Shown: piece by piece, positions 49,773 through 62,130 of the stretch
Position numbering within the stretch: position 1 is the first letter of the stretch
How the letters are laid out: the number at the start of each line of letters is the position of its first letter
Assembly (NCBI RefSeq): GCF_001194135.2
Contig: NC_068982.1
Coordinates: 128,133,696-128,197,695 of the forward strand
Source: Octopus bimaculoides
Taxonomy: Eukaryota
Length of the DNA stretch: 64,000 nt
Direction: 5' to 3'
Translations under genes and position numbers: made by a program
The notes under the pieces: generated by a model
What the model was told of the DNA's origin: nothing
What the model saw: the letters and a program-made list of their open reading frames with translations, nothing else
Database searches by the model: none

Positions 49773-51095
49773 TTGGGTCATCCCATAAATAATGCAGTTT
49801 TTTATACTTTTATTTTTTTAAATTAAGATAAAATTCTTCTTTAATCTAAAATATAATCTCCATTTTCTACAATGCTTTTCCATCTATCTGGTAGATTTGC
49901 AAGGCCCCTTTTTCAAAATTCACTTGTCCGTGATGAAAAATACTCCTCCAGTACTGTTCTGACCTCAGCTACAGAATTCGTATTTTATCTGTCCAAATGA
50001 TTTTGAAGACTACGGAATAAATGATAATCAGATTGGGCAATATCCAGCGAATAGGGTGAGTGGGGTATCATTTCCCATTCAAACTGCTCCAGCCTTTGGA
50101 ATGTCATCCTCACTGTATGTGACTGAGCATTGCCTTTCATCCTTTCAGGGTCGATAAATTAAGTACCAATTGCAAACTGGAGTCAATCTAATCGGTTGAA
50201 CCCCCACTCCCCAAAACTTTCGGGTTCTGTGCCTAGAGTAGAAAGAACTGATGGAAGAACACCTTTTGTCTTTAGACCAAAGATGGTCATTTTTTTCCTA
50301 AAGCTGACTTAAGCTGCTCACAGTAGATCTCCTTTGTTATCATTTGGTTAAAAAAGTTCAAAGTGGACTAAACCTTTCATATCCCACCAAACAGATAACA
50401 ACACCTTACGTGGGCGAAGACCTTCTTTAGCTTGGGGTGCTAGTGTTTCTCCTTTCCCTACCCACTGTCTTCGGTGACATTTTTAAAGAGAACCCATTTC
50501 TTGTCACCAGTCACTATTCAGTCCAAAAAAGGTTCATTCGTGAGACATTAGAGCAAAGAAGAGCACACATTCACTGTGTGTGTGTGTGTGTGCGATTAAA
50601 CTTGGAAAGTTTGTGAGGAACCCATTGATCCAATTTGCTGACTTTTCCAATGGCACACAATGTCGATGAATAGTCGAATGACTAAATCCAAGATTCTCAA
50701 CAGTTATGATGGGATTTTGTTCCAAAGTTTGCAGGACGTCCTCATTGAGCTCTATGACAAGGCTTGTCTTCTAGGCTGAAGTTTCCAGCTTGGAATTTCT
50801 GGAACCACCGTTGATACTGGCTTACACTTATTGTTCGGTCCTCATATACTGCATTAATATTCCTCACACTTTTCGTTGTGTTGTTGCTTTTATTGAACTC
50901 AAAGCAAAATATGCTCTTCCATTATAGCTTTGAGAAAATAACTTAAACTGAAACTCTTCAAAGCTTCCACTAAGAATAAGGTAAAATTACTACCTTTTTT
51001 TGTTAGCAAGTTGATGCAGGTAGTTTATCCCTCCCCCCCTCCGGCTCCCAGTCATGCAATTGAAAAAAAACTGTATTATTTATGGGATGACCCAA
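49773..51095 (-). mobile_element. Full-length decayed mariner carrying a SINE insertion (50133-50247); transposase ATG at about 50922
   Basis: TIRs TTGGGTCATCCCATAAATAAT(g/a)CAGTTTTTT at both ends; TA at 49771-72 and 51096-97. Minus-strand remnants QRWFQKFQAGNFSLED, EQNP...FSHSTIHRH, VWWDMKGLVHFE, PYSLDIAQSDYHLFRSLQNHL. Confidence 0.9.
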
Positions 51096-53599
51096 TAATT
51101 AGTTAACTTAATAACTAGCCTAACCTAATGTGTTAAATCTTCTTACAATATGATCATCATCATGAATTAACATCCGTTTTTCCATACTGGCCTGGGTTAG
51201 ACAGTTTGACAGGAGCTGGAAAGCCAGAAGGTTGCATTAGGCTCAAGTCATGTTTTAGTACGGTTTCTATGGCTGGATGCCCTTCTTAACACCAACTACT
51301 TTACAGAGTGTACTGGGTGCTTTGTATGTAGTGCTGGCATTGGTTCTGTAGTATGTGACACCAGCACAAGTGCTTTTAATATGGCACCAGCATGGATGCT
51401 TTTTCCATGGTGCCAGCACAGAGTTTAGAAAATATTATTAAACAATATGTTAGTAAATCAATAACTATCTTACCAAATCTCTATCCATTCCAATAAATCT
51501 TCCTTATGACTCGAAGCCTTGCGTGAAATCTAAACACTTATAACCTTTTCCACGCCTAGTTCTAAATACCCACATGAAAGTGGTGTAGCTTTTTCACCAC
51601 CCAGCAATGAGGATTTCACATCTAGGAATAGATTAAGTCCTACACATCAAAATTGATTCAATTGTGAAAGGAAACCTTAACACTGTATGACTGACAAGTC
51701 TTTTTATACTGCAATAAAAGCAGGTTCCTTAATATGAAACAGAGGCAGATACAGGTTTTGTAGTGCATGAAACAGAAAGAGCATACAGTTACACACTCCC
51801 CACCACACACAAGCTAAAATCAAAACATTGAAAGAGCAGATCAAATATGCTGTATTGTAAATATGACAAATCCAAGTAAAACACAATTTTGAAACAATGA
51901 TGACTCAATATCCATTCTTTCTGAAATTACAAAATGGCATACAAAGACAGTTTAAAGAAAAACAAAACAAAATTATATTAAAGATAAAAATCGTTTATGT
52001 AAACATTTTGTTTTTATTTAGTGCTATAAATCCACATAATTTAGTTAAAGACAGGAAGAACTTAGAAGCATAGCTCAGATAATTAGTATCCCATCGTTTC
52101 AGTTTGTAAACAGAATAAAATTAATTTAAAAAGGAACCCAACACATACTTCCAATATAAATTGACTTCTTGATCATGGAATTGGTAGCAAGAATATTATT
52201 AATCAATTAATGGGAAATTTGTTTGATCTTGTTAATATTGAATTTATATGTGTGTATTATATCTTAAACTTTTTATTATTTTAACTTAAAAACTAAGATC
52301 TAATTAAACACTTAGGGTAATTAGCAAAAGAGAAATATCAGCAGCTCACATTAATCAAAAGAATTCAAGATTTGAATTTTACTGCAATCCTTTTGAAATA
52401 ATCTATCTTCTTACACTTGTTTCAGTCATTTGACTGTGGCCATGCTGGGGCATGAACACATGTTCACCTGGTCGAAAATTAAGTTAAAAGTAAAAGTTTG
52501 TATCTTTGGAAGTATTTTACAGGTTCCCATTTCTTAAAAGTTATGTACAATGCTGTAAATAAACATATAAACTCAGTATAATATATAAAAAAAAGAAGAA
52601 CAAAATCTCTAATACAGTAATTAAACAAATATAGCAATTAGAGAAATTAACATTTATAATAAGTTATTTCTAATCTCAACGTTACAAAATTTCTCTTGCT
52701 TTAAAAATGAGTTCAAACTATAAAAAAAAAAAATTACATATCTTTTTTTTTTTCAATTTTTTAAAAAATTTTAATTTCAATGATCATTTTTCCTCCCTCC
52801 CTGTTCTGAGTGAGAATTAGTATAGTAATTGATAATGCCGTATATATAAATTAGATGAAATAAAATAAGCTGTTCAATAACTGAACAAAATTTGTAATCA
52901 CACTGATAACAGTAGCCAATGTGCTAAATAAAATAGTGACCCCTAACTTTACATGTCACATAAACAAAACTGTTTGCTAAAGAAACTTTGCTAATTTCTG
53001 CCTGAAGTTTTATTTATTATTTTGTTAGAGGAGGGAGGTATAGAGGAGAAAAAAAAGCAGAAATATAACAAATTTTTTTCATATCACAGATCAACTGCTT
53101 ATTGGTTTTTCTTTTTCTTTTCTGACTGAAGCCATTGTAGAGAATGAAAATAGGGCCCTGTGGAAGTTTTAACGTCTAAATTATTCCAGATAGCATTATA
53201 TTGTTCTTTGCCAAATCCAAAGTAAGAAAAAAAAAACTAGACTAGTGTATCTTGTACATCAGTGCAATGCTTATAAAACTCTCTCATCCCTTTTTAACTC
53301 AAAAGAACTATTTAATATACAAGACATACAGATCTCTTCTTTCTCTCAACAGCTTATTTCATACACTGTCGGCAGCAGACTCGGCTCTGATCTTTTCAAT
53401 TTCTTGTATCACCTTAGAGAAGGAAGAAGGATTTTCAACATTAGTTTTTGCATGAAAAAAGGTTTTTGATGGATTTGATAATTTAAATGAAGAATGAAGT
53501 AGATATGAACTGTCTGAATAATTAATTCAGCAAGACAAAAATCACTGGATGGTAAACAGCCTAAGTGTTTTGGCATTAAAAACTGCACTGGTAAACTGC

Positions 53600-53761
53600 T
53601 TAAGGTTTTGGTGGCTTTGAATTCCTAAAAAATGTCCTTCTTTCATTCGAGACTGAATATTGGGTAGGTAGAGAAAATGAAGTGGATTCTGATGTGGATG
53701 AAGATCTTTCAGAAAACCTGCCTGTTATGTGATTCAGAGCGCGAATAGCAGTGCCATTTTT
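53600..53761 (-). CDS. Putative terminal coding exon of an unidentified convergent gene (KNGTAIRALNHITGRFSERSSSTSES...RNSKPPKP*)
   Basis: Very long T/C tract ending ttgctttAG on the - strand (53763-62); only phase 0 stays open (53 aa, then TAA); followed by about 1.9 kb of 3'UTR-like sequence. No homology recognised. Confidence 0.35.
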   Translation of the reverse strand, partial: KNGTAIRALNHITGRFSERSSSTSESTSFSLPTQYSVSNERRTFFRNSKPPKP

Positions 53762-56700
53762 CTAAAGCAAAAAGAAAACAAAAAAACAAACATCATGCAA
53801 AACTCAACTCAAAGTTAAATAAAACAAAGTAAAGAAAGACGACAAAACAAAAATAAAAGAATAAAGAAAAAACTGCACAGATATTTTTAGTGTTCAAAAA
53901 TACAACAAACAACAAAGTGGATTATTATTGTTATTATTAATAGCGCTGAATATCTTAACAACAACAATTACATAATTTACAATGTATATTCAATAACAGA
54001 CTCCATTGAAGCTACTAAAACATCTTGAAAGATGATAGACAATCAAAAAAATAATCTTTTATATGACAATAAATTATTGGACTTGGTCTTTATCTTTAGA
54101 GACAAAACATTTTATTTAAGATTTACATTGAGATTATGTTTAAATCTGTTTGACGTCCAAATCATCATCAGATGTATTGTTTCCTGGACACACTTTTATA
54201 CTTTTACTTGTTTCAGTTGTTGCACCATGGCCATGCTGGGGCGTCACCTTACAGGGAAGGGTTTAGAGCTAAACAAATCAATTCAAGAACTTTTTCTTTT
54301 TAAGTTTGCTACTTATTTTATCAGTCTCTTTTTTGTTAAAATGCTAAGTTATAAGGATGTAAAAAGACCAACACTAGTCACAAAGTAGTAACACATACAC
54401 ACACACAAAATATTAGATTAAACTTGAATTAAGAACCCTTATTTCTGAGCTAAGGGGTAGTAACATTTTTATCCTCTAGCCCACTGACAGATGTACAATA
54501 TATGCTACACTTTAGCATATTTATATTTCAGTAAGAACAATAATATTAAGCTTATCTTAGTAGTTGGTTATCAGCGAGCCTTAAATATTTCCAAAGTTCC
54601 TACACTGGTTCTTTATTAAATATGGAAGTTTCATTTTATAGTAGGATATGATTTCCTTTCTAACATCAGAAAAGTACAGCTTCTATGTCTACCTTTTCAT
54701 TTTTACCTTTATAATTTTTTTTATAAAATGCATAAAATATTATCAATACAATTCTTGTGTTATAACCATTAATTCTGGTGGGAAATTTTCAAAATGTAGC
54801 ATAGATGTATATATTTTAAAAAGTAATGCTTCATCTCTGAAGATGAGGTCAATAATCTGGATAATGATAATCAAATTAGAATGGACTAAGCAAAGCAGGA
54901 GTATACACAATGACGGAAACTGTTGCTGAAAAAATCACAGATAATCAAATTAATTACCAATAATTCATCTCAGACATTTTCATATAAAATCCTTTTTTTT
55001 AGTCTTACTTTATATTTCCTGTAATCATCATCATTTAACACCCATTTTCCATACTGGAAGGGTTGGACAATTTTTCAGAATCTAATAGGTCCAAAGATTG
55101 TAGTATGCTCCAGTGCCTGCTTTGGCATGGTCTCTACAGCTGGATGCTTTTTCTAATGCCAACCATTTTAGTGTGTACTGGGTACTTTTCTTCCATGCCA
55201 CCAGCACTAGTGGGTGGTAGAGGTGAGAGGAAGGAAATCGGGTGAAGGGCCCAGTTGCATATATATACACACAGCTCTACTAGAACTCAGTTTTGTCAAG
55301 GTGGACAAGTCTCCTTCAGAACTGAACACTGCCAATCATCCCAGTTCTTTGTCATCACCTCCATGAGATCAGCCATCACCACTTTGTCTCAGTTCTACCT
55401 GGGACTTCTTCCGCAAGCTCCATTCACATTAAATGATCAGCAGGATAACTTTACAGCTCTTTGAAAAGCAGTTCCATATTTAATTTGTCCAATCCATACT
55501 GAGTTGTAATGTTTGTCTATTTAAAAGCCATACAATAAGATACCAGGTTCAATTCCATTGCATGGTATCACAGGTAATCATCATTTTTACCATGACTTCA
55601 GGTCAATCCAAGACTTGGGAACAAAACTGATAGAGGGGAAATTGTGAGAAGCCTGTCAGATGGAGTGTGCCTGTAAGTCAAGGATCTATCCTTGTCACAC
55701 AGTGACACGCTGATTTTAATTGAGAATTACATTAAGGGTACATGTGTCTGTGGAATACTCAGCCACTTACAAGCTAATTCAATGAACCAGTAGTTGAGCT
55801 AATCAAACAACCAAATATTCATTACTGAAATGAACAGTGGTCCATTTATTTAATACCGTTAATTCCAAAGCTATGGACATTTATTTATTTATTTAATAAT
55901 TATATCAGATGAGTAGGAAGGAGTAGCACAATTGATACACCCTCTCCTCCCACACAGGCACGAACAATGTTGGTGAATGTCAAAAGTATGAATGAGACAG
56001 CCTGATCGAAATGCTGGCAATAAGTTGTTATAGGTCATGAAAATATACCTCACAATCATAAAATATTCATTTATTAAATTAATGAGACCTACATATTTTG
56101 TGGTGCTAATTGTTAAGAATATTTTCACAAAATTTGGTTTGTGTTACTTCAAAAGATAAACTTTCAATTTATTTCTAAAACATTAATTTCTAAGAATTAT
56201 CTAAAATGTCATCTACTTATTTCATTACTAATTAATAAAACATCTTTTCTAATTGATTTCCCTGTCAGAGAATTACTACTACTATTACGAGAGATTTCAT
56301 ACAATCTTTTTCAGCACACTGAGGTACGAGTTCTCTCCCTTGAAAGTACTCGTCATTAAATCTAAATAGTTTTGGAGGAGATTTTTTTTTCTATCTTCAC
56401 GTTGTTGCTAAACATTTGAATGTAAAACAACAGAACACAGAGCAACAATATGATTAGTATTCTCTTTCTCTCTCTCTCTCTCTTTCTCCATCCCTCCCTC
56501 TGTGTGTGTGTGAAAAAATTCTTTTTTAGAATTGGTTTTTGAAATACATACAAAGCTATCAGTAATAGCATGTAAATATTGGGTTGAAAAACCCTTTTGG
56601 ATAAAGAAAAAAAAACCAAAGGGTGTGCATAGGATTCGAACTCACGTATCCTGTAGACATGATGGGCGTTCTATCATTGTACCAGAGCAATACTTTGAAG

Positions 56701-57053
56701 TTCTCTCAAAAGTTTATAAATTCTTATGATGTCAACTATATATATATATCCACATATATCCTCACTAATTATACACAGAGAAAGAAACTTATTGAAAATA
56801 AAACAAGTTATCTGAGACAATATTATTTAATCTTATACACGTTTGTGTGACCACATCTCCATGTTCTCATGTTGTTCGGGTCTACTCAACTGAACTGAGT
56901 AGGGGCTGGTTGCTGTTGTGGCCATCTCCATCCCACCAGCTGTCACATACTGGATGTTCTGCAGGGCAAAAGGTGTCTATGCTTATGACTACATAAGCAC
57001 CTAAAACATTAACTGAAAGCATGGTACATGCAATCAAGTCATACTTGTACACG

Positions 57054-57057
<4 letters not shown>

Positions 57058-57095
<38 letters not shown>

Positions 57096-57163
57096 TGTGC
57101 GAGAGTGTGTATGTGCGAGAGTGTATGTGTGTGTATATACGCACACACACGCAGAAGAGATGT

Positions 57164-57201
<38 letters not shown>

Positions 57202-57250
57202 ATATATATACACACAAAGAGTGTGTGTGTGCACGCATGTGTGTGTGTGA
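57058..57250. repeat. Compound (GT)n/(TA)n microsatellite
   Basis: Direct reading. Confidence 0.95.
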
Positions 57251-57637
57251 AGCGGCTGTATGGTAAAAATTTGCTTCCAAATGGCATGGTTTCAGATTCA
57301 GCCCCACTGAGGCATTTTGCGAAAGTGTCTTCTATAGCACTGGGCCAACCAATGCCTTGAGAGTGGATTTAGTAGATGGAAACTGAAAGAAGTCTGTTGT
57401 ATGTGTGTGTGTGTATGCATAACTTATGTGTGTTTGTGTTTATGTTTGTTCCCCACAACAGATAGACAACTACTGTTGTTTTGCTTACATTTCTGTAATT
57501 TAGAGGTTTGGCAAAAGCAACCAATAAAATAAGTACTAGACTTTAAAAAAAATATATATATACAGGGGTCAATTTTTTCTAAACCCTTCAAGAGAGTGCC
57601 ACAGCATGACCAGCCTAATGACTAAAACAAGTTAAAA

Positions 57638-57638
<1 letters not shown>
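57251..57638 (+). mobile_element. Family B SINE
   Basis: Full head-to-tail match to family B. Confidence 0.75.
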
Positions 57639-57639
<1 letters not shown>

Positions 57640-57684
<45 letters not shown>

Positions 57685-57738
57685 TATGTATGTATGTATA
57701 TANNNNNNNNNNNNNNNNNNNNNNNNNNNNNNNNNNNN

Positions 57739-57775
<37 letters not shown>
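57640..57775. repeat. (GT)n/(TA)n microsatellite with an N gap (57703-57738)
   Basis: Direct reading. Confidence 0.95.
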
Positions 57776-57778
<3 letters not shown>

Positions 57779-58099
57779 AATTTTATTATTTAAAATTTTA
57801 TTACTACCTTCCTAAAAAGTTGTCACTGGAAGTAAAATATTTTTGTAAAATTAAAACTATCTCTGCATCTATATTTCAATATTTTGTCTTGATTTTATAT
57901 GTGAAAATATTGCTGGCTTAACTCTTTCCATAATTAACTGGAAAATTATAAAAAAAAAAAATAAACTGACTTCTACTCCAAAATAAATATCAACGCCACT
58001 GAAGTGAAGCAATGTATAAAATGCTTGTTCATTAAATTCAAAATCTAATCTGAATGTTTGAAGCATAAAAATATTATTTAATCGATTAATAACTAAAAT

Positions 58100-58282
58100 C
58101 AGTGTTTCTCAATTATTTTTTGCCAACGGACCTCTTTCATTCCTATCTTACTTAGGGGAGGGACTCTCATAACCATTCGATATCTAAAAACTCCTCTCAT
58201 ATTTTAATGATTAAACATTATAAGGAAAATTTTAACAACAAAGGCCACCAAGAGCTATATGGAGCCCAGTTGAGAACCACTG
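58100..58282. mobile_element. hAT (Charlie-like) MITE
   Basis: TIR CAGTGtTTCTCAA / TTGAGAAcCACTG; the 8-bp TSD is only partly preserved. Confidence 0.55.
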
Positions 58283-59202
58283 GACTAAGTAAAGCTAAAT
58301 CACACAAGATATATTTTTCACCAGTTAGATGTTGATAAACTTTTAACATTCATTTGAAATTGTTGCAGTTTTAGTATCAACTTGTAAATACTTCGTAATT
58401 CATATGAATATATATTATGTGTGTGTGTGTGTGTACATACATACATACACGCATATGTACACACATATTTAAATGTACATATATGTACCCAATATATATA
58501 TATATATGCACATGTATGTATATATGTATAACTGTGCCAAGGGCAAAACACAGTAAACTGAACTTTTGATAGAAATTACACATACATATGCATGGAGTAT
58601 AACGTAGAGTTTTATGCAGCTAATATCCAAGAGATCCATTCAATGAAATTATTTCATAAGGAATATATAAAAAGTCAGAAACATGAGAGGTGAATGTATT
58701 CATTTAATCACTTGATATCCTTAGGATTATGGCCATTTCACAGTCTTCATCATGTAATCATTTCAGTGTATAATAAATACTATTTTACATGTTGGCACCA
58801 ATATGCATGCTACACACTGTACAATACAGTTGTACATTTATGAAATGGTTGTAATCCTAAGGATATTAAGTGGTTAAATAAATATATTCACCCATGTCCA
58901 GTAAGTTCACTGTCATCAATTCACTGTTGTTTTTCCCTCCCAATAAAATAGTTTTAACTATTAATGGTGAGATACTATTGATATATTTTCTCGGTAAACT
59001 TTCCTCATGGTGAATTGATGGTGGTGAACTCTCCTGCAATGAATTGATAGTGGTGAACTTACCTATTATAATCATATTCACCTCTCACACTTCCTGACTT
59101 TTTAAGGATTAGTCCTTGATAGCATAGTGGCAAGTATTCCTGCCTATCATGTGAGAGGTACAATAGGTACAATTTCCCTTCAAAAGAGGTTCATTATTTG
59201 TA

Positions 59203-59624
59203 GGAGTAGGTATGGTTGTGTGATTAAGACGCTTGCTTTGAAACCACATGGTTTGGGTCCAGTCTTACTGTGCAGCACCTTGGACAAGTGGCTTCAAATG
59301 TAACCCCAGGCTGACTAATGTATTGTGAGTGAATTTGGTAGATGGAAATTGTGTGGAAGCCTGTTGTGCATGTATGTGCATGTGTGTGTGTGTATATGCA
59401 TTTACATGGATGGGTGCATCCTTGTTTGCCCTACATCCACTACTTGACAACTGATGTTGGTTTGTTTACAACCCTGTAACTTAACAGTTTGCCATAGAGA
59501 CTGAAACAATAAGTTCCAGACTTAATAAAAAAATAGATACTGGGGCTAATTTGCTCAACTAACATTCTTCAAGGTAGTGCCCCAGCATGGCCACAGTTCA
59601 ATGAATGAAACAAGCAAAAGAATA
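59203..59624 (+). mobile_element. Family B SINE
   Basis: Full head-to-tail match to family B. Confidence 0.78.
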
Positions 59625-59646
59625 TATAATATGTGTGAGTGTGTCC

Positions 59647-59683
<37 letters not shown>

Positions 59684-60151
59684 CATACACACACACACAC
59701 CTACATATGTGTATACAGACACATGTTTAAATACATGTATAGGTGTATGAAGACAAACACGCTCAAACATATATATCATTCCCCATTACAGTAGCTGAAG
59801 TATTATAAATAGAAATAAGTATGACTAGAAGACAACTACAACCCAGGAACCCAACAAGATTAAACACCCAACACACACACACTTAAAAGTCATAAATAAT
59901 CATCTATTATATCAAAAGAATCAAGACAACTTACAGACGTTTCGAAACATCAATAATTCTCTCATTTTATAAACTACACAATTTCTACAGTGATTGATTA
60001 ATGATAGAAATTATTTAGCTCCTAACTAAAGAAAAAAAAAATCTGTCTTTATCAGTTCAGTTAATTTGATGTAGATGAATATTGATTTGTTACTAAGGCA
60101 AAACACACAAATTTATAGCAAAGGTGGAGGTGGGTATGTGTGTGTATATTT

Positions 60152-60180
<29 letters not shown>

Positions 60181-60185
<5 letters not shown>

Positions 60186-60239
60186 CGTATACATATGTGT
60201 ATCATATAACGTATACATATGTGTATCATATAACGTATA
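60181..60239. repeat. 24-bp minisatellite TATAACGTATACATATGTGTATCA x2.5 next to (TA)n
   Basis: Direct reading. Confidence 0.9.
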
Positions 60240-60890
60240 TAAGAAGGATATCTATTTTCTTAAAAACTTTTTACAAAAATTCCCAGTATAAAACTTCCAT
60301 CAAAAACTAATAATAGAAATATCACAATGAAGAACAATTAGCTTGCTGAGTTTTTCTTTTCAATTTTTTTTCTCTTCTTTGTAATTTTCTGTAAATAATA
60401 TATTATGTTTGTATGTGTTCTGTTTTTTTTTTGTTTTGACTATATATTTATTTACATACAGTAAACCATGTTAATTAGGAAAACCAGTCACAGTTATACA
60501 ACAACAGAAATATAAACAAACAAATCGAACGTCATTATACAGTTGTCATATAAATACAATAATGCCTCAATACAAAAAAATTCAGCTCCCAAAAGCAGAT
60601 GTAAATCAAAGTATTGCAGTCATGTGTAATGATCAAAGGTTACAAAGAAAAATTTGAACAACAGTGCAAGGCAAATAGAGAAAGCAAACACACAAAAACA
60701 AAACAAAATAAAAATGGATAATAAAAAAAAAATTCAAATAAATAAGGATAAAATCATGCTAAATGCCAGGGAAAGAAAATATTGTCATTCCAGAGACAGG
60801 AATAGAATCCTTTAGCTAAGACATTAAGACCACATTTGTGTATAAGAAGGAGGATGCAAAGGAAGTAGAAAAATAGAAAAATCCTTTTTA

Positions 60891-62130
60891 TTACAGGCAC
60901 AAGGACTGAAATTTCCAGGAGAGGGGGGGGGGAACTAGTTGATTACATCAATCCCAGTGTTAAGCTGGTACTTATCTTATTGGCCTCAAAAGAATGAAAG
61001 GATGAAAAGCAAAGTCAACCCCAGTGGAATTTTAGCTTGGAATGTAAAGATGGGTGAAATACCACTAAGAATTTTGCACCGTGTGCTATCAATTCTGCCA
61101 GCTCACCACCAATGATATAATCACAAGGCCTGAAATTTGGTGGGAGTGTGGGGTGGGGGAAGTCAATTAGATTGACCCCAGTACACAACTGGTACTTAAT
61201 TTATCGACCCTGAAGAGATAAAAGGAAAACTTGACCTCGGTAGAATTTGAACTCAGAATGTAGTGACAGGCAAAATACCACTAAGCATTCCATCTAGTGT
61301 GCTAACGATTCTGCCAGCTCGTGGCCTTTCTGCCAACAATGGTGATTTTAAATTTTGGTACAAGGCCAGCAATTAAGTGGAGAGGGAAAGTCAATTGCAT
61401 CAACCCAGTATTCAACTGGTATTTATTTTATCAACCCTGAAATGATGAAAGGTAAAGTTGACTTCACCCAGCAGACTAAGGATTCAGCCCACTTGCCACC
61501 TTAATAATAACAATCCCTTCTACTAAAAGTACAAGGCCTGAAAGTTGGTGAGAGGGGGACAGCTGATTACATTGACTCCCCACCCACCCCCAGTGTTCAA
61601 CTGGTACTCATTTTATCAAACCCAAAAGGACAAAAGGCAAAGTAGACCTTGACAATTATAATAATAATCCTTTGTGATAAAGGCACAAGGCCTGAAATTT
61701 GTGGGGAAGGGGAGTAGTCAATGACATCAACTCCAGTGTTTCACTGGTACTTAATTTATTGATCCCCAAAAGAATGAAAGGCAAAGTCGACCTGGGCAGA
61801 ATTTGAACTCAGAACATGAAGACGGACGAAATGCCGCTAAGTACTTTTGCCTACTGTGCTAACAATTCTGCCAGCTCGCTACCTTAATAATAATAATGAT
61901 GATGATGATGATGATAATTTCAAATCTTTGCCACAAGAGCAGCTTGGGGGAGGGGATTATGTCAATTACATTGACCCCAGTGCGTAACTGGTATTTATGT
62001 AATCAACCCCAAAAGGATGAAAGGTAAAGCTGACCTCAGTGGAATTTGAACTCAGGACATAAAGATGGATCAAATATCACTAAGCATTTTGTCCAGCATA
62101 CTACCTATTCTGAAAGTTCATCTTAAAAAC
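60891..62130 (-). mobile_element. Head-to-tail train of 6 family A SINE copies
   Basis: Copies at about 60891-61110, 61121-61326, 61345-61500, 61513-61652, 61667-61883 and 61917-62130, all on the - strand, separated by (AAT)n/(GAT)n. Confidence 0.88.

Noticed and set aside
54767-54925. Open 53-codon - strand segment between an AG and a weak GT, as an upstream exon of the convergent gene
   Set aside because: Weak donor, unnatural Ile/Leu-rich composition and no recognisable homology; unsupported without RNA data.
56620-56690. tRNA-like sequence on the - strand with GTTCGAATCC followed by a T-run
   Set aside because: Acceptor stem and T-stem do not pair; at most a decayed SINE head or tRNA pseudogene.
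60891-62130. Regular repeat-spacer appearance suggestive of a CRISPR array
   Set aside because: Units are 150-220-bp diverged tRNA-derived SINE copies with simple-repeat tails. There are no short identical repeats, unique spacers or cas genes, and the context is eukaryotic.
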